64,000 nt of DNA from Candidatus Levybacteria bacterium RIFCSPHIGHO2_01_FULL_40_16 (GCA_001783805.1 MFNS01000001.1:192649-256648); one strand, 5' to 3'. Counted from the stretch's first letter, positions 28,489 to 39,382 are shown. Program-made: numbers and translations. The notes: generated by a model not told the origin, from the sequence alone.

Positions 28489-29662
28489 AAAAAGGGTTTC
28501 CTCATATTTTCAAAAATCCTCCGATCTGGACGCAAAAACCAACATTTTGGTATCTCAAATTGACAAAATTAAAACAATTACTGCCGATTCTGAAATTGAA
28601 GCATTTCTTCTGGAAAGTAAGCTTATTAAAGAGTTTAAGCCTAAATACAACGTAAAGCTGACAGACGACAAAGCTTACCCGATGATCAAGATTACAATTA
28701 AAGATAAAATCCCAAAAGTTTTAGTCGTCAGGCGTTCGGATGATAAATCCGTCTATTTCGGCCCCTTTCCCAATGGCGCTCAAGCTTTAAGAACTGTTCT
28801 AAAAACGATCCGAAAAATCTTTCACTACCAATCTGTTCCAAATCATCCTAATAAAATCTGTTTGTATTATCACCTCGGATTATGTCCTTGCCCGCCTGTT
28901 TTTGATTCTCCCGAATTTAGGAAAGAATACAAAAAAGATATCAGGCATATTATTAATTTCCTGAGAGGGAATACTAAAAAAGTTGTCAATGATCTTAAAA
29001 AAGAAAGGGATTTATTAAGTAGCAACGAACAGTTCGAAAAAGCAAATACCCTGCAAAACAAAATAAACGCGATCGAATTAATTACCGGACCGTTTTACAA
29101 AACGAAATTAGACCTAGATGACAATCCAATTTTTACGGTTGGCCTGCGAAAGAAAGAAATAACCGACTTAATTGATATTTTAAACAAAAATAATTACAAA
29201 TTAAAAAAAGCAGAAAGGATTGAATGTTTTGATATCTCCAATATTTCCGGGACATATGCCGCCGGCTCAATGGTGGTTTTCGTCAACGGGCGGAAAGACG
29301 GAAATTGGTACAGAAAATTCAAAATAAGAACCTTGAACACTCCAAATGACTTTGCCATGATGCAAGAAGTTTTACAAAGAAGATTTAGACATAAAGAGTG
29401 GCCATTTCCAGATTTGCTAATTGTTGACGGAGGAAAAGGACAGATTTCAATTGCCTTAAAAGTTTTAAAAAGCATGAATTTAAATATTCCAATTGTTGGT
29501 CTTGCCAAACGGGAGGAAACAATTGTTACTTCTGATTTTAAAGAAATAGTTTTACCAAAAAATTCTGATGCCTTGAAACTGATAATGCGGATCCGTGATG
29601 AAGCACATCGCTTCGCCATCACCTATCACAAATTACTCCGCTCCAAGTCATTGCTTTCTTGA
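28379..29662 (+). CDS. uvrC: excinuclease ABC subunit C (short, no C-terminal HhH)
   Basis: GIYLF...YVGKAKNLKKRVSSYF, IECFDISN, PDLLIVDGGKGQ and RDEAHRFAI motifs. Confidence 0.92.
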   Translation: MLVLQSEYRLLSTESGIYLFLDKKGKILYVGKAKNLKKRVSSYFQKSSDLDAKTNILVSQIDKIKTITADSEIEAFLLESKLIKEFKPKYNVKLTDDKAYPMIKITIKDKIPKVLVVRRSDDKSVYFGPFPNGAQALRTVLKTIRKIFHYQSVPNHPNKICLYYHLGLCPCPPVFDSPEFRKEYKKDIRHIINFLRGNTKKVVNDLKKERDLLSSNEQFEKANTLQNKINAIELITGPFYKTKLDLDDNPIFTVGLRKKEITDLIDILNKNNYKLKKAERIECFDISNISGTYAAGSMVVFVNGRKDGNWYRKFKIRTLNTPNDFAMMQEVLQRRFRHKEWPFPDLLIVDGGKGQISIALKVLKSMNLNIPIVGLAKREETIVTSDFKEIVLPKNSDALKLIMRIRDEAHRFAITYHKLLRSKSLLS

Positions 29663-31009
29663 AACTTCGTAGTAATAGGGAAAGAAGAGGAAAGAAGCGG
29701 GGGGATCGGAAAGTAAATATTTTTGAAAATCAGAATATATCAATATCCGTTTTTGAATGTCCAACTCTTTCCTTCCGTCCTCTAATAATTTGTCTATTCT
29801 CTTATTATCATAATATGTGATGTTGTTTACTTGGGATGAATGCCAGAGGGTATACTGATCCGGATCCGAGGAAAGATTGATTTCCCCTAAAAAAATTTGA
29901 AAATTCGAAGGGACTTGAGAAGTTACTTTAATTTTAGTTTCAATGTTTAATTTTTTCCAAGTCTCAGCGATAGTTTTGGCCGTACTTTCATATTTAGGCA
30001 GAGTATCCATTGTCAAGGATATTTTTCCGCTTTCGGTTGCCGTTTCCGATTTATCTATTAATAATTTTGCATGTTCTAAATCTTGTTGATAGGCATTGAA
30101 TCTTCCCTGATTTGCATAAGAAAAATACGGCAGGGGACTGGAATTTCTTTCTCCCGATTCAAAATTATCCGGCATTGTGTAACTCAAGCCCTCCCGCAGT
30201 GTTTTTGATGAAACAACCTTGTCCCTAGTATTGTAAAAAAGAGTAACGAGTTTAGTCCGGTTTATCTTTTTCTCAACTTTTACATTTTTAAAAGACCCGA
30301 AATTGGAATTTTTAAATTCTAAGTCAGGCAAATTCGTAATAATTGAAACTTCCCCAAGGAGAAAGGCTGTTTTCAAGGCAAATGTTGTTGGATAAAATAG
30401 CTGATAAGTTATGTTCTTATGATATTTTTCAGAATATAGCTCTATGGATTCAATGAAATTGCCGTTAAGCCGTATCTTTTTGACTTTATAATCTCCCACC
30501 CCTACAAAGCCATTTTTGAAAATAGGCCGGGTAACGGTTGTAAGAAAAGGCGAATAGTTGTCCCTTAAATCAAAAACGATTGTATATTTATCGGGCCTTC
30601 TTACGGTAACATCGGCAAAATCGTAGTTAATATTATCAGAAGTTAAATTTGTGCCGTCGGAAAAGAATCTATCTTTGTGAAGAATAAAGGCATAACTTTT
30701 TCCATTCGGAGCGATCTTCCATTTCTCTGCAATATCAGGTTTAACAGTTCCATCTATCTCCGTTCTTGTCAGCCCTTTGGATATTTTGCTTAAAATTTCT
30801 CTAGGCAAAGAATCGATGGTGTAGGATCCCACCATTCCTATCGTCTCTTTTTCTATAAATGGCAAACGTGTTATCGAATAGGATAAAACTTTATTAAGAA
30901 GGAAGAAAACAACGAGACCAAGTCCAAAATAAATCAGAATATTCTTCCCCCATTTCTTGAAGTACGCTTTTATCAGCCAAAATAGGAGTCTTTTTCTTAA
31001 GACTATCAT
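29648..31009 (-). CDS. peptide ABC transporter substrate-binding protein (family 5)
   Basis: GLTR...PDIAEKW, FSDGTNLTSD and DPDQYTLWHSSQ motifs. Confidence 0.8.
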   Translation of the reverse strand: MIVLRKRLLFWLIKAYFKKWGKNILIYFGLGLVVFFLLNKVLSYSITRLPFIEKETIGMVGSYTIDSLPREILSKISKGLTRTEIDGTVKPDIAEKWKIAPNGKSYAFILHKDRFFSDGTNLTSDNINYDFADVTVRRPDKYTIVFDLRDNYSPFLTTVTRPIFKNGFVGVGDYKVKKIRLNGNFIESIELYSEKYHKNITYQLFYPTTFALKTAFLLGEVSIITNLPDLEFKNSNFGSFKNVKVEKKINRTKLVTLFYNTRDKVVSSKTLREGLSYTMPDNFESGERNSSPLPYFSYANQGRFNAYQQDLEHAKLLIDKSETATESGKISLTMDTLPKYESTAKTIAETWKKLNIETKIKVTSQVPSNFQIFLGEINLSSDPDQYTLWHSSQVNNITYYDNKRIDKLLEDGRKELDIQKRILIYSDFQKYLLSDPPASFLFFPYYYEVSRKQ

Positions 31010-31012
31010 AAA

Positions 31013-31225
31013 TTATCGAGGTATGAGAAGAATTATCGATAAAATTCCAAAGATAGTTGTTAGGATTACCGTTACCCAAATAAGCAACTTATCGATGCTT
31101 TGGCGACTGCGGTAGAACTCTCCGCCTCCTCCAAAAGAGCTGGATAACCCGGTTCCCTGCATCTGAAGCATGATTACGCCAATTAAGAGTACTGCAACGA
31201 CAATCGCAATTACATTCAGGAGCAT
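31013..31225 (-). CDS. secG: preprotein translocase SecG
   Basis: Two TM helices flanking LQMQGTGLSSSFGGG. Confidence 0.9.
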   Translation of the reverse strand: MLLNVIAIVVAVLLIGVIMLQMQGTGLSSSFGGGGEFYRSRQSIDKLLIWVTVILTTIFGILSIILLIPR

Positions 31226-31365
31226 ATTCTCAATTATACCACTCCGCTTTAATATTTTACAAATTGGTATGACTCCGTAGCTTCAGGCTAATCTTAAACC
31301 AAAATTTGCAAACCGAGACTAAAGCTTCGCAGGTATTTCCCTTTTTATATTTTAAAAGCGAAGGG

Positions 31366-32316
31366 TCATATATTTTCCATGATTACTTTTGCAAGTTTAA
31401 CGGAATCATGGTAAATCGGAAATCCTGTATTTACGATGTCGTGGGCTGAAACGTCGTAATTCTTGTTTTTTTTGTAATCTAGCGGAACAAATTTGTATTG
31501 GCGTTTATATTTGTCTGGAATAATAGGCGTAGTGTTATTGTTCATGAGTACATGTTTGAAAATATTAGCTCCGCAATGAGATGTAATCGCTTTTATGTAG
31601 TCATTAACTTTATAATTTGGAGTTTCAAATAATTTATTTGCAACATTTACAATATAAAGTTTTTTCGCCTCTGATTTCTTAATCGCTTCTAAAATTCCGG
31701 GTATGAGGAGAGCAGGAAGAATGGTTGAGTACAAATCTCCGGGACCGGCAACAATTAAATGTGCCTGCATAATTGCGTCAATTACTTCTTTTGAGGTTTT
31801 AGGGCTCTTTGGCTGTAAATGAAGTTTTTCGATAGTCCCCGTGAACCTTCCCAAATCGATATTTTCTTCACGGTCTACTCTTTCTCCAACACTTGTTTGC
31901 GCCCAAATAGAGACTGTTTCTGTTGTTGCCGGCAAAATTTTTCCTCGGGTTTTGAAGATTGCCTGCATTTGATACAGCGCTTTAGAAAAGTCACCCATGA
32001 TCGAAGTGAATGCCACCATCATTAGATTTCCCAGCTTATGACCGCCCAAAGATTCGTCCTGACCATATCTTTCTCCGGCAAACCGATAAGTAAGCAGTTT
32101 TTTCATTGTTTCGTCGGCAGTAGACATTGCAGCAATGCAACTGACTAAATCACCGGGAGGAGGAATGCTGTAAAGCCGGCGAAGTCTCCCTGTCGAGCCT
32201 CCGTCATCCGCCATTGAAACAATAACAGCAATGCCGTCCGTATACTTAATTAGACCTTTAATTAAATTAACCGTGCCGATTCCGCCACCAAGACAGACTA
32301 TTTTTTTATTAACCAT
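31366..32316 (-). CDS. yvcK: YvcK/CofD-like family protein
   Basis: GGGIG, ADDGGSTGRLR, PPGD, GHKLGN and GPGDLYS motifs. Confidence 0.88.
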   Translation of the reverse strand: MVNKKIVCLGGGIGTVNLIKGLIKYTDGIAVIVSMADDGGSTGRLRRLYSIPPPGDLVSCIAAMSTADETMKKLLTYRFAGERYGQDESLGGHKLGNLMMVAFTSIMGDFSKALYQMQAIFKTRGKILPATTETVSIWAQTSVGERVDREENIDLGRFTGTIEKLHLQPKSPKTSKEVIDAIMQAHLIVAGPGDLYSTILPALLIPGILEAIKKSEAKKLYIVNVANKLFETPNYKVNDYIKAITSHCGANIFKHVLMNNNTTPIIPDKYKRQYKFVPLDYKKNKNYDVSAHDIVNTGFPIYHDSVKLAKVIMENI

Positions 32317-32702
32317 TTTAAAAAACCGACTATAAAAGATAGCAGGAGAGATGCAAGAATATAGGCAAAGAAATTGTTAACTGGAAAAGATGGAATCACA
32401 AAACCTAAAAATGCAAAACCGTTAAATTTAAAGGCTGTAATTGCGATATTCGCATCAATAATTGTCAAAAGATAGAGGATAATTGCATTGGTTAGAAAAG
32501 AAAATAAACCAAGCGTAATTATATTTAATGGAAGTGTCACAATATTTAAAATCGGCTTAATTATGAGAAAAAGAATTGAAAGAATAATTCCCCCTGCAAT
32601 ATAAGCTGTGATTCCTCCGCTCACCCTGACGCCTGCCAAGGCCTGGCTTACCAGAAAAAGAGCGACTGAATAGAACACTATTCTGCGTAGAATTGACTTC
32701 AT
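32298..32702 (-). CDS. phage-holin-like membrane protein (YvlD/DUF360)
   Basis: IKPILNIVTLPLNIITLGLF motif. Confidence 0.85.
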   Translation of the reverse strand: MKSILRRIVFYSVALFLVSQALAGVRVSGGITAYIAGGIILSILFLIIKPILNIVTLPLNIITLGLFSFLTNAIILYLLTIIDANIAITAFKFNGFAFLGFVIPSFPVNNFFAYILASLLLSFIVGFLKWLIKK

Positions 32703-32757
32703 CCTTGAATGCTATCAAACAAAGACCCTTGTGTCAACGAATTATGAGTGATATAGT

Positions 32758-33801
32758 ATGGAAATTATGGATACGATTCCTTGCCCTAAGTGCGGTAAGC
32801 AAATTCAGATTACCGAGGCTCTACGCCACCAGCTGGAAGAAAAGATAAAAGTTGCGCAAAAAGAAAAACACAAAGAGGAATTGGAAAGAGTTAAAGTCCT
32901 AATCACGGCCCAAACGGAAAAAAGACTCAAGGAACAATCTCAAAAAGAGCTGGAAAAATCGGAAAAAGAAAAAGAACTTCTAGAAAAAAAGCTTGCCAAA
33001 GAGCAAGACGAACGAGCTGTGTTTGAAAAGAAAATAAAGGAAGACGCTTCCAGAAATGCTCAAGAAGAACAAAGATTGAAGCTTAAAGAAAAAGATTTGC
33101 AATTGGATGAAATTAGACGTGTAAATGAGGACCTCAAAAGAAAATTGGAACAAGGATCACAGCAAAGGCAAGGCGAAGTTTTGGAACTTGATCTGGAGGA
33201 GAAACTGCACTTGCAATTTCCAAATGATGAATTTCTTCCAATTCCAAAAGGAGTAGAAGGAGGAGACATTTGGCAAAAGGTGATTTATCAGGAAAAACTT
33301 GTTGGCTCTGTACTTTGGGAAACTAAAAGGACAAAAGCCTGGAGCAATGGGTGGACGGTCAAACTCAAAGAAGATTTGGGAAAAATTAATGCTTCGGAAG
33401 CAATTCTAATTTCCCAAGTTTTGCCAAACGATTCCAACAGTTTTGACAGAAAAGATGGGGTCTGGATAGCCAATTACGAACACGCAATCAGTCTTGGTAG
33501 ATTCGTCAGGTTTTTGCTGACCAATGTGGCCATAATTAAATCTTCAACTTCGCATACCGAAGAGGAATGGGGGAAAATTCGGGACTATATGATGAGTGAT
33601 GCCTTCAAACATAGGATGCAAGCACATTTTGAAGGGATAAAAAGCCTAAAAGATACTTTGGATTCGGAAAAGAGAGCAACTATTTTAAGATGGAAAAAAC
33701 AAGAATCGGTAATTAATAAGATGGATGCAAATACCGTTAACTTTTACGGTGAACTAAAGTCAATTGTTTCACAACTTCCTCAAATAGAAGGTGTGGATTA
33801 A
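32758..33801 (+). CDS. DUF2130 family coiled-coil protein
   Basis: N-terminal CPKC; GSQQRQGEVLE, FPND and WETKRTKAWS motifs. Confidence 0.8.
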   Translation: MEIMDTIPCPKCGKQIQITEALRHQLEEKIKVAQKEKHKEELERVKVLITAQTEKRLKEQSQKELEKSEKEKELLEKKLAKEQDERAVFEKKIKEDASRNAQEEQRLKLKEKDLQLDEIRRVNEDLKRKLEQGSQQRQGEVLELDLEEKLHLQFPNDEFLPIPKGVEGGDIWQKVIYQEKLVGSVLWETKRTKAWSNGWTVKLKEDLGKINASEAILISQVLPNDSNSFDRKDGVWIANYEHAISLGRFVRFLLTNVAIIKSSTSHTEEEWGKIRDYMMSDAFKHRMQAHFEGIKSLKDTLDSEKRATILRWKKQESVINKMDANTVNFYGELKSIVSQLPQIEGVD

Positions 33802-33850
33802 TCTTCCGACACTACTTGACAAGGAGGAAAATTGTTATTAACATAGATTA

Positions 33851-34510
33851 ATGACTCGAAAACTGCTCATACTATTGCTTCCCCTGTTATTATTAATTTT
33901 TGTTGCTTCAGTAAATGCGGAAAATGCAACTACCGGAAGCGCCCAAACCGCAACTGATGCCGCAACAAAGCTAAAACTGCAAATGCAGCTACTGCAAGAA
34001 CAGAAGAAAACAACAATTACACAAATCAGAGATGATGCGAAAGCTTTAATTCAGGCGAAAAGAGATGAATTCAAGGCTAAGCTTAAGGCAATCAAAGACC
34101 AAAAGAAAAAAGCCTTGGTTGATCGCATAGATGCCAAGCTCGTAGAAGTCAACAAAAAGCATACAGCCAGATTCCTTGAAGTTCTCACCAGATTGCAATT
34201 ATTTCTGGAGAAATTTATACAGTCGGCAACGGGAAGCACATCGGCAAAGACTCTGACAGATATTACTGCGGCGCAAATAGCGATCGATACTGCAAAGTCA
34301 GCAGTTGAAGCTCAAGCTACAAAAGACTATACTATGAATATTGCCGATGACACTACCTTAAAATTAAATGCAGGGACAACCGTCAGTCAATTAAGGCTTG
34401 ACTTGATGGCAGTTTACAAGCTGGTTATAGACGCTAAACAAGCAGTTCAAAAATTGAATACAGACAGATCGACGATTAAGAAGGAGGCAACAGGTTCAGC
34501 CAATTTATAA
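33851..34510 (+). CDS. secreted alpha-helical hypothetical protein
   Basis: Signal peptide; Ala/Lys-rich coiled coil. Confidence 0.7.
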   Translation: MTRKLLILLLPLLLLIFVASVNAENATTGSAQTATDAATKLKLQMQLLQEQKKTTITQIRDDAKALIQAKRDEFKAKLKAIKDQKKKALVDRIDAKLVEVNKKHTARFLEVLTRLQLFLEKFIQSATGSTSAKTLTDITAAQIAIDTAKSAVEAQATKDYTMNIADDTTLKLNAGTTVSQLRLDLMAVYKLVIDAKQAVQKLNTDRSTIKKEATGSANL

Positions 34511-34514
34511 AATT

Positions 34515-34883
34515 ATGGATCCAAATAACAATCAGCCAATAAATACGAATCCGTTAGAACAGCCGGCTGTACCCCAACCAGTTGCTCAACCTGCTCCTGC
34601 GCCCGTTCAGCCTGCTAGCTATCAAGCCTCTCCGACGCCACCAAAAAAGAATAAGAAAATCTTGAGTTTATTACTAATTCTGTTTTTGTTAATTCTCGGA
34701 ATGGTGGGATATGTATTTTTTGCAAAAAATCAACTAAATAATAAACAAAATCTATCAACCAGCAATACTACTGCTCCAACTACAACAGTACTCACTCCAA
34801 CTCCTGTTACTGTAGATCAAGTAAATGTGGAGAGTCCCGCTGCCGATCTAAATGGAATAGATCGGGACGTACAAGCCTTATAA
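34515..34883 (+). CDS. single-pass membrane protein, Pro/Gln-rich
   Basis: Low-complexity N-terminus, then KKNKK and a TM helix. Confidence 0.65.
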   Translation: MDPNNNQPINTNPLEQPAVPQPVAQPAPAPVQPASYQASPTPPKKNKKILSLLLILFLLILGMVGYVFFAKNQLNNKQNLSTSNTTAPTTTVLTPTPVTVDQVNVESPAADLNGIDRDVQAL

Positions 34884-35010
34884 AATTTCCTCAAAGGCCA
34901 GCGAATTGGGACCTAAAAACCCTGCGGAGGATAGCACCCGTCGCGAATTTCCCCTTTTTCTCTTCCTGGAAGCTGTAAAAGTTTAATAATTGTAGTATAC
35001 TAACATTCAA

Positions 35011-35083
35011 GGGTCGCTAGCTCAATTGGTAGAGCAATTCCCTCTTAAGGAATAGGTTCCGGGTTCGATTCCCGGGCGGCTCA
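35011..35083 (+). tRNA. tRNA-Lys(CTT)
   Basis: ATTCC-CTCTTAA-GGAAT anticodon arm; full cloverleaf. Confidence 0.95.
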
Positions 35084-35143
35084 CAAAGTTGATAATTAGA
35101 TAATTGCCTTACTTGGAATTATAAGCTAATCTTTGTTAAGAAT

Positions 35144-35542
35144 TTATTGGGGTTCTGCATTTTGTTCTGGCTTTTCCAAAATTTCCCTTATCTTTTCAAG
35201 TACATCCTCAAACTTGGTGCTTGCTTTTATCAAATAATAGGTTGGATTATCCTTAACAACCCCCTGCAAAATTGTGCCGAGGGGATCCAGATTGGTCAGG
35301 ATGATCACTTTCGCATCTTTTCCCCAGGGATCTTGACGTAAAAGCTTAAGCATAGTCATACCATCCATTTTTGGCATTCGGATATCCAGCAATATCAAAT
35401 CGGGATGCTCTGCCAAGGATTTTTTTAATCCTTCTTCTCCGTCCATTGCCGTATGGACATCATATCCATGATTAACCAGAAGTTTTTGGTACATGTTCAG
35501 AAGAATTTTGTCATCCTCGATTAGTAATAATGTCTTTGCCAT
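35144..35542 (-). CDS. response regulator (receiver domain only)
   Basis: LIEDD, PDLILLDIRMPKMDG and LTN motifs. Confidence 0.9.
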   Translation of the reverse strand: MAKTLLLIEDDKILLNMYQKLLVNHGYDVHTAMDGEEGLKKSLAEHPDLILLDIRMPKMDGMTMLKLLRQDPWGKDAKVIILTNLDPLGTILQGVVKDNPTYYLIKASTKFEDVLEKIREILEKPEQNAEPQ

Positions 35543-35572
35543 ATCATAATGTACTTTATCAACTTTTTATTA

Positions 35573-36874
35573 CTAAATCAACTGCCTTTTTACTTTTTGA
35601 GCTAGTTGAGATTTGGCAATGGGCAAGGAAAAGGCAAATGTGCTCCCAACGCCTACCTCCGATTTATCAATCCACAATTCTCCTCGCATTTTACGGATCA
35701 TCTCTTGGGATATGTGCAGCCCAAGCCCCGTACTTGCCGGTTTGTCTTTAGCTGATTCAAGCTGTTCAAACATCCCAAAAAGCTTGCCTTGGTCTTCTTT
35801 CGTAATGCCAATGCCGGTGTCCGTAATATAAACGCTTACTTTATCTTGTTCACTTTTGGTTGAAATAGTAATGCTGCCTTGATCCGTAAATTTAAGTGAA
35901 TTGCCAATGAGATTATTTAAAACTTCTTTTACCTTCTCCGAATCACCTTGAACGATAATAGGCTCAAGTTTTGCGATTTCAAGCCGCAGCCCTTTTTGTC
36001 CGGATAGCGGCTGCAATAGATGGACTGCCTGATTAACAACATCTGCAATAGAAAATTCTGATAGATTATAGCTCATCTTTCCTGCCTGAATCCGCGAAAG
36101 GCTTAACAGATCGTTTACCAGATTAATCAACCGCTGACTGGAAGTATTTACATCCTGAAGGGGTTGTTTCAAATTTGCGTTTACCTCCCCGTATTCTCCG
36201 CTAAGAATCATTGAAACCAAACCATCAATAGCGGTAAGTGGTGTTCTAAGTTCGTGTGAAGCAATCGACAAAAACTCATCCTTAAGCTTATCCAAGCTCT
36301 CCAATTTTTTATTGGCCTTTTGTAGATTGGCTTTTTCTTTGATTAAATCTTGCTCACTTCTCTTACGCTCCGAAAGAGCCAAACTCAAGTTGTGCGAATT
36401 AACCTCAAGCTCTGCCCAAGCGGCTAATCCCAAAAGAATTTCTTGATTAGCTTTTGCAAATTCTCTTGGTTTTGTATCTTTAATGCAGAAAACGCCCACC
36501 CGTTGTCCGTCGGCATTTGAAATCGGTACGCCTGCATAAAAACGGATGTATGGCTTGCCAACTACCATCGGGTTATCGGAAAACCTCACATCTTTTTTTG
36601 TATCCGGTATTACCAACATTTCCGGAGCCAAAAGTGCGTGCCCGCAAAATGAAATAGCGCGACTGCCTTCTTTACTCGAAAGACCCTGACAGGATTTAAA
36701 CCATTCTCTTTTCTCGTCGACCAGAGTTAAGGTTGAAATGGGGACATGAAAAATTTGGGTTGCGGTACGGGTGATTATGTCAAACCGTTCCTCAGGATGA
36801 GTATCAAGAAGCCCTAATTTATGCAAAGACAGAAGGCGTTCTTGTTCATTGTCGGGAATTGGCGCATGTTTCAT
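35573..36874 (-). CDS. GAF-domain sensor histidine kinase
   Basis: SFCGHA/RFYAGVP GAF domain; SHELRTPL H-box; N, G1 and G2 boxes. Confidence 0.92.
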   Translation of the reverse strand: MKHAPIPDNEQERLLSLHKLGLLDTHPEERFDIITRTATQIFHVPISTLTLVDEKREWFKSCQGLSSKEGSRAISFCGHALLAPEMLVIPDTKKDVRFSDNPMVVGKPYIRFYAGVPISNADGQRVGVFCIKDTKPREFAKANQEILLGLAAWAELEVNSHNLSLALSERKRSEQDLIKEKANLQKANKKLESLDKLKDEFLSIASHELRTPLTAIDGLVSMILSGEYGEVNANLKQPLQDVNTSSQRLINLVNDLLSLSRIQAGKMSYNLSEFSIADVVNQAVHLLQPLSGQKGLRLEIAKLEPIIVQGDSEKVKEVLNNLIGNSLKFTDQGSITISTKSEQDKVSVYITDTGIGITKEDQGKLFGMFEQLESAKDKPASTGLGLHISQEMIRKMRGELWIDKSEVGVGSTFAFSLPIAKSQLAQKVKRQLI

Positions 36875-37018
36875 AATTAAAACTCAGTTGAAGCTGGATA
36901 ACTGCCTTGCTTGGAATTTTTATGATCCATATTGTTAATAATATACGAATCATTATCTCTTTGGCAATATTCAATGCAATCAGTCATTCTTCAGGATATC
37001 TGGTATAATTTAATTTAC

Positions 37019-37090
37019 GCCCTTGTAGCTTAACGGATAAAGCACTGGTCTTCGGAACCAGTAATGGGGGTTCGATTCCCTCCAGGGGCA
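37019..37090 (+). tRNA. tRNA-Arg(TCG)
   Basis: CTGGT-CTTCGGA-ACCAG anticodon arm; full cloverleaf. Confidence 0.93.
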
Positions 37091-37121
37091 CACCTCGCTT
37101 TGCTCGGTGCAAGCTATAAAT

Positions 37122-38555
37122 ATGGAAAATTTATTCAAGAGATACCAGCATGAATTTATTCTGGGCATTTTTATTTGTATTTATATCGCTTATTTTACAA
37201 TTGCCAGCTTTCTTAGATACGATAATTTTTACGCCGGGCGCTACGATTTAGGCAACATGGACCAGACAGTCTGGAATACAATCAACGGAAGAATCTTCCA
37301 AACATCAAATGAGAATGGAGTGATAATTTCCAGATTGTCTGCGCATGCGGATTTTCTGCTTATTTTAATCTCCCCATTTTATCTTTTGTGGTCAAGTCCT
37401 AAGACTTTATTATTATTACAAACTGCTGTTTTGGGACTTGGAGCTATATTTATTTTTCTAATCGCCAAAGAAATACTTAAAAACAAAAATCTCGCCTTAA
37501 TTTTTGGCTTTTTGTTTCTCATGAATCCTCTGATGCAATTTTCCAACCTATACGACTTCCACGCGGTCACTTTCGCAACCACACTCTTACTCTCGTCTTT
37601 CTATTTCTTAATCAAGAAAAAATATTTCTTACTGACTATTTTGTTAGCACTGTCGGGTATTGCCAAAGAGGAAATATGGATTATTACTTCTTTTTTTGGC
37701 TTTCCTTTATTGCTTCAAAAAACAAAAATTAAATTATTGGGGTTAGGGATAATAGTTTTTTCTCTGGCAATTTTTGTTTATCTGGTAAATTATGCCATTC
37801 CTCAAAACTTAAGGGGACAACATTTTGCTTTAGCCTATTTTTCTGATTTTGGAGACACTTCAACTCAGGTTGTCTTAAATATTTTATTGTCACCTCAAAA
37901 ACTTTTTTTAACTATTTTTAATGTAAACGGCCTTAGTTACTTATTCAAATTATTTCTGCCTCTTGGTTTTATTTCTTTTCTAAACCCTTTTACACTTATC
38001 TTTAGCGTTCCTAGCTTACTGATTAATCTCTTAAGCAATAATTCGCAATTGCGTGAAATTTACTACCAATATACCTCAACGATTACTCCATTCATATTCA
38101 TCTCCGGAATCCACGGAGTAAAACAATTTTTAAAGTGGTTTCCGAAAATTTCTAAATTTTATGTGGCCGCATATCTGCTTTTTTTTATGCTCTCATATGC
38201 TTATTTTTTAGGTCCCTTACCTGGAACAAAAAATCCTAGCGTTGATATGTTTACTAAGCCATACTCCAACAAAAAAATTATCGAAGATTTCCTGACACGG
38301 ATTCCGGAAAATTATACAGTTGCCGCAACCAATAATCTGGGCGCACATCTTTCCCACAGAAAAAGCGTTGCAACAATTCCGGCCGGAATTGACCAGGCAC
38401 AGGTTATCCTCTTTTTATTAAACGATGTCTCCGCTCAACCCTCCCTATTATCCCAAAAGGAAATGGTTTATAGTTTAAAACATAATCGTAATTACGTTGA
38501 GGTTTTTGAAAAAGATGATTTCGTAGTCTTTAAAAAACAAGGGTTTTTGTTGTAA
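37122..38555 (+). CDS. DUF2079 family multi-pass membrane protein (GT-C-like)
   Basis: YDLGNMDQTVW, YDFH, AKEE and YYQY motifs; many TM segments. Confidence 0.75.
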   Translation: MENLFKRYQHEFILGIFICIYIAYFTIASFLRYDNFYAGRYDLGNMDQTVWNTINGRIFQTSNENGVIISRLSAHADFLLILISPFYLLWSSPKTLLLLQTAVLGLGAIFIFLIAKEILKNKNLALIFGFLFLMNPLMQFSNLYDFHAVTFATTLLLSSFYFLIKKKYFLLTILLALSGIAKEEIWIITSFFGFPLLLQKTKIKLLGLGIIVFSLAIFVYLVNYAIPQNLRGQHFALAYFSDFGDTSTQVVLNILLSPQKLFLTIFNVNGLSYLFKLFLPLGFISFLNPFTLIFSVPSLLINLLSNNSQLREIYYQYTSTITPFIFISGIHGVKQFLKWFPKISKFYVAAYLLFFMLSYAYFLGPLPGTKNPSVDMFTKPYSNKKIIEDFLTRIPENYTVAATNNLGAHLSHRKSVATIPAGIDQAQVILFLLNDVSAQPSLLSQKEMVYSLKHNRNYVEVFEKDDFVVFKKQGFLL

Positions 38556-38575
38556 GATATAAATGTAATATAAAT

Positions 38576-39382
38576 ATGCCCAATGTCTTAAAAGCGTCAG
38601 GTCAAATTGAACCATTTAACGAAGCCAAGCTTCGGGTCTCTGTCCAGCGGGCAGGCATAGATCCAATACTTGTTGAAAATGTCATTATCCATATCAAATC
38701 CAAATTGTACGAGAACATTCCCACAAAAGAAATTTATAAACACATTCTTGAATTTCTGCAAAAATCTCCATATCCCTTTAGTCATGCAAAATACGGACTG
38801 AAACAGTCGATTATGGATCTGGGGCCCACGGGATACCCATTTGAAGATTATATTTCGGAAATTTTGAAAATGGAAGGATATGCTACTCAAGTTAGGCAAA
38901 TTTTGCAAGGTAAATGCATCTCTCACGAAATAGATATTGTGGTTGAGAAAAACAAGACAAGATCAATGGTCGAATGTAAATTTCACAATGCTCCTGGAAC
39001 CAGATCTCAAGTGCACGTTTCATTGTATACAAAAGCCAGATTTGACGATATTAAAGAAAAAAATAATTTAGGTGAAGTTTGGCTGGTAACTAATACCAAA
39101 ATTACTCCGGATGCCTTAAATTATGCATTATGTAGTAATATGAAAGTTATCAGCTGGGATTATCCGGAAAAGGAAAGTTTTAGAGATCTCATTGAAAAAC
39201 ACAAACTCTATCCTGTTACAACCCTTACCAGTCTGACGCAAAACCAAAAACAATTACTTGCAGAAAAGCATGTGGTTCTGGCAAGAGATATTTGTAAGAA
39301 CCCAGCTTCTTTGGATATCTTGGGGCTCCCGAATGATAAAAAAAATTCAGTCTTTTCCGAATGCCAATTTATCTACAAGTAA
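38576..39382 (+). CDS. ATP-cone domain fused to Mrr-like restriction endonuclease domain
   Basis: N-terminal VLKASGQIEPFNEAKL; GYPFE...HEID...VECKFH...LVTN PD-(D/E)XK core. Confidence 0.8.
   Translation: MPNVLKASGQIEPFNEAKLRVSVQRAGIDPILVENVIIHIKSKLYENIPTKEIYKHILEFLQKSPYPFSHAKYGLKQSIMDLGPTGYPFEDYISEILKMEGYATQVRQILQGKCISHEIDIVVEKNKTRSMVECKFHNAPGTRSQVHVSLYTKARFDDIKEKNNLGEVWLVTNTKITPDALNYALCSNMKVISWDYPEKESFRDLIEKHKLYPVTTLTSLTQNQKQLLAEKHVVLARDICKNPASLDILGLPNDKKNSVFSECQFIYK

Noticed and set aside
34889-34975. GC-rich stretch upstream of tRNA-Lys(CTT)
   Set aside because: Only weak pairing; no tRNA fragment or element termini could be identified.
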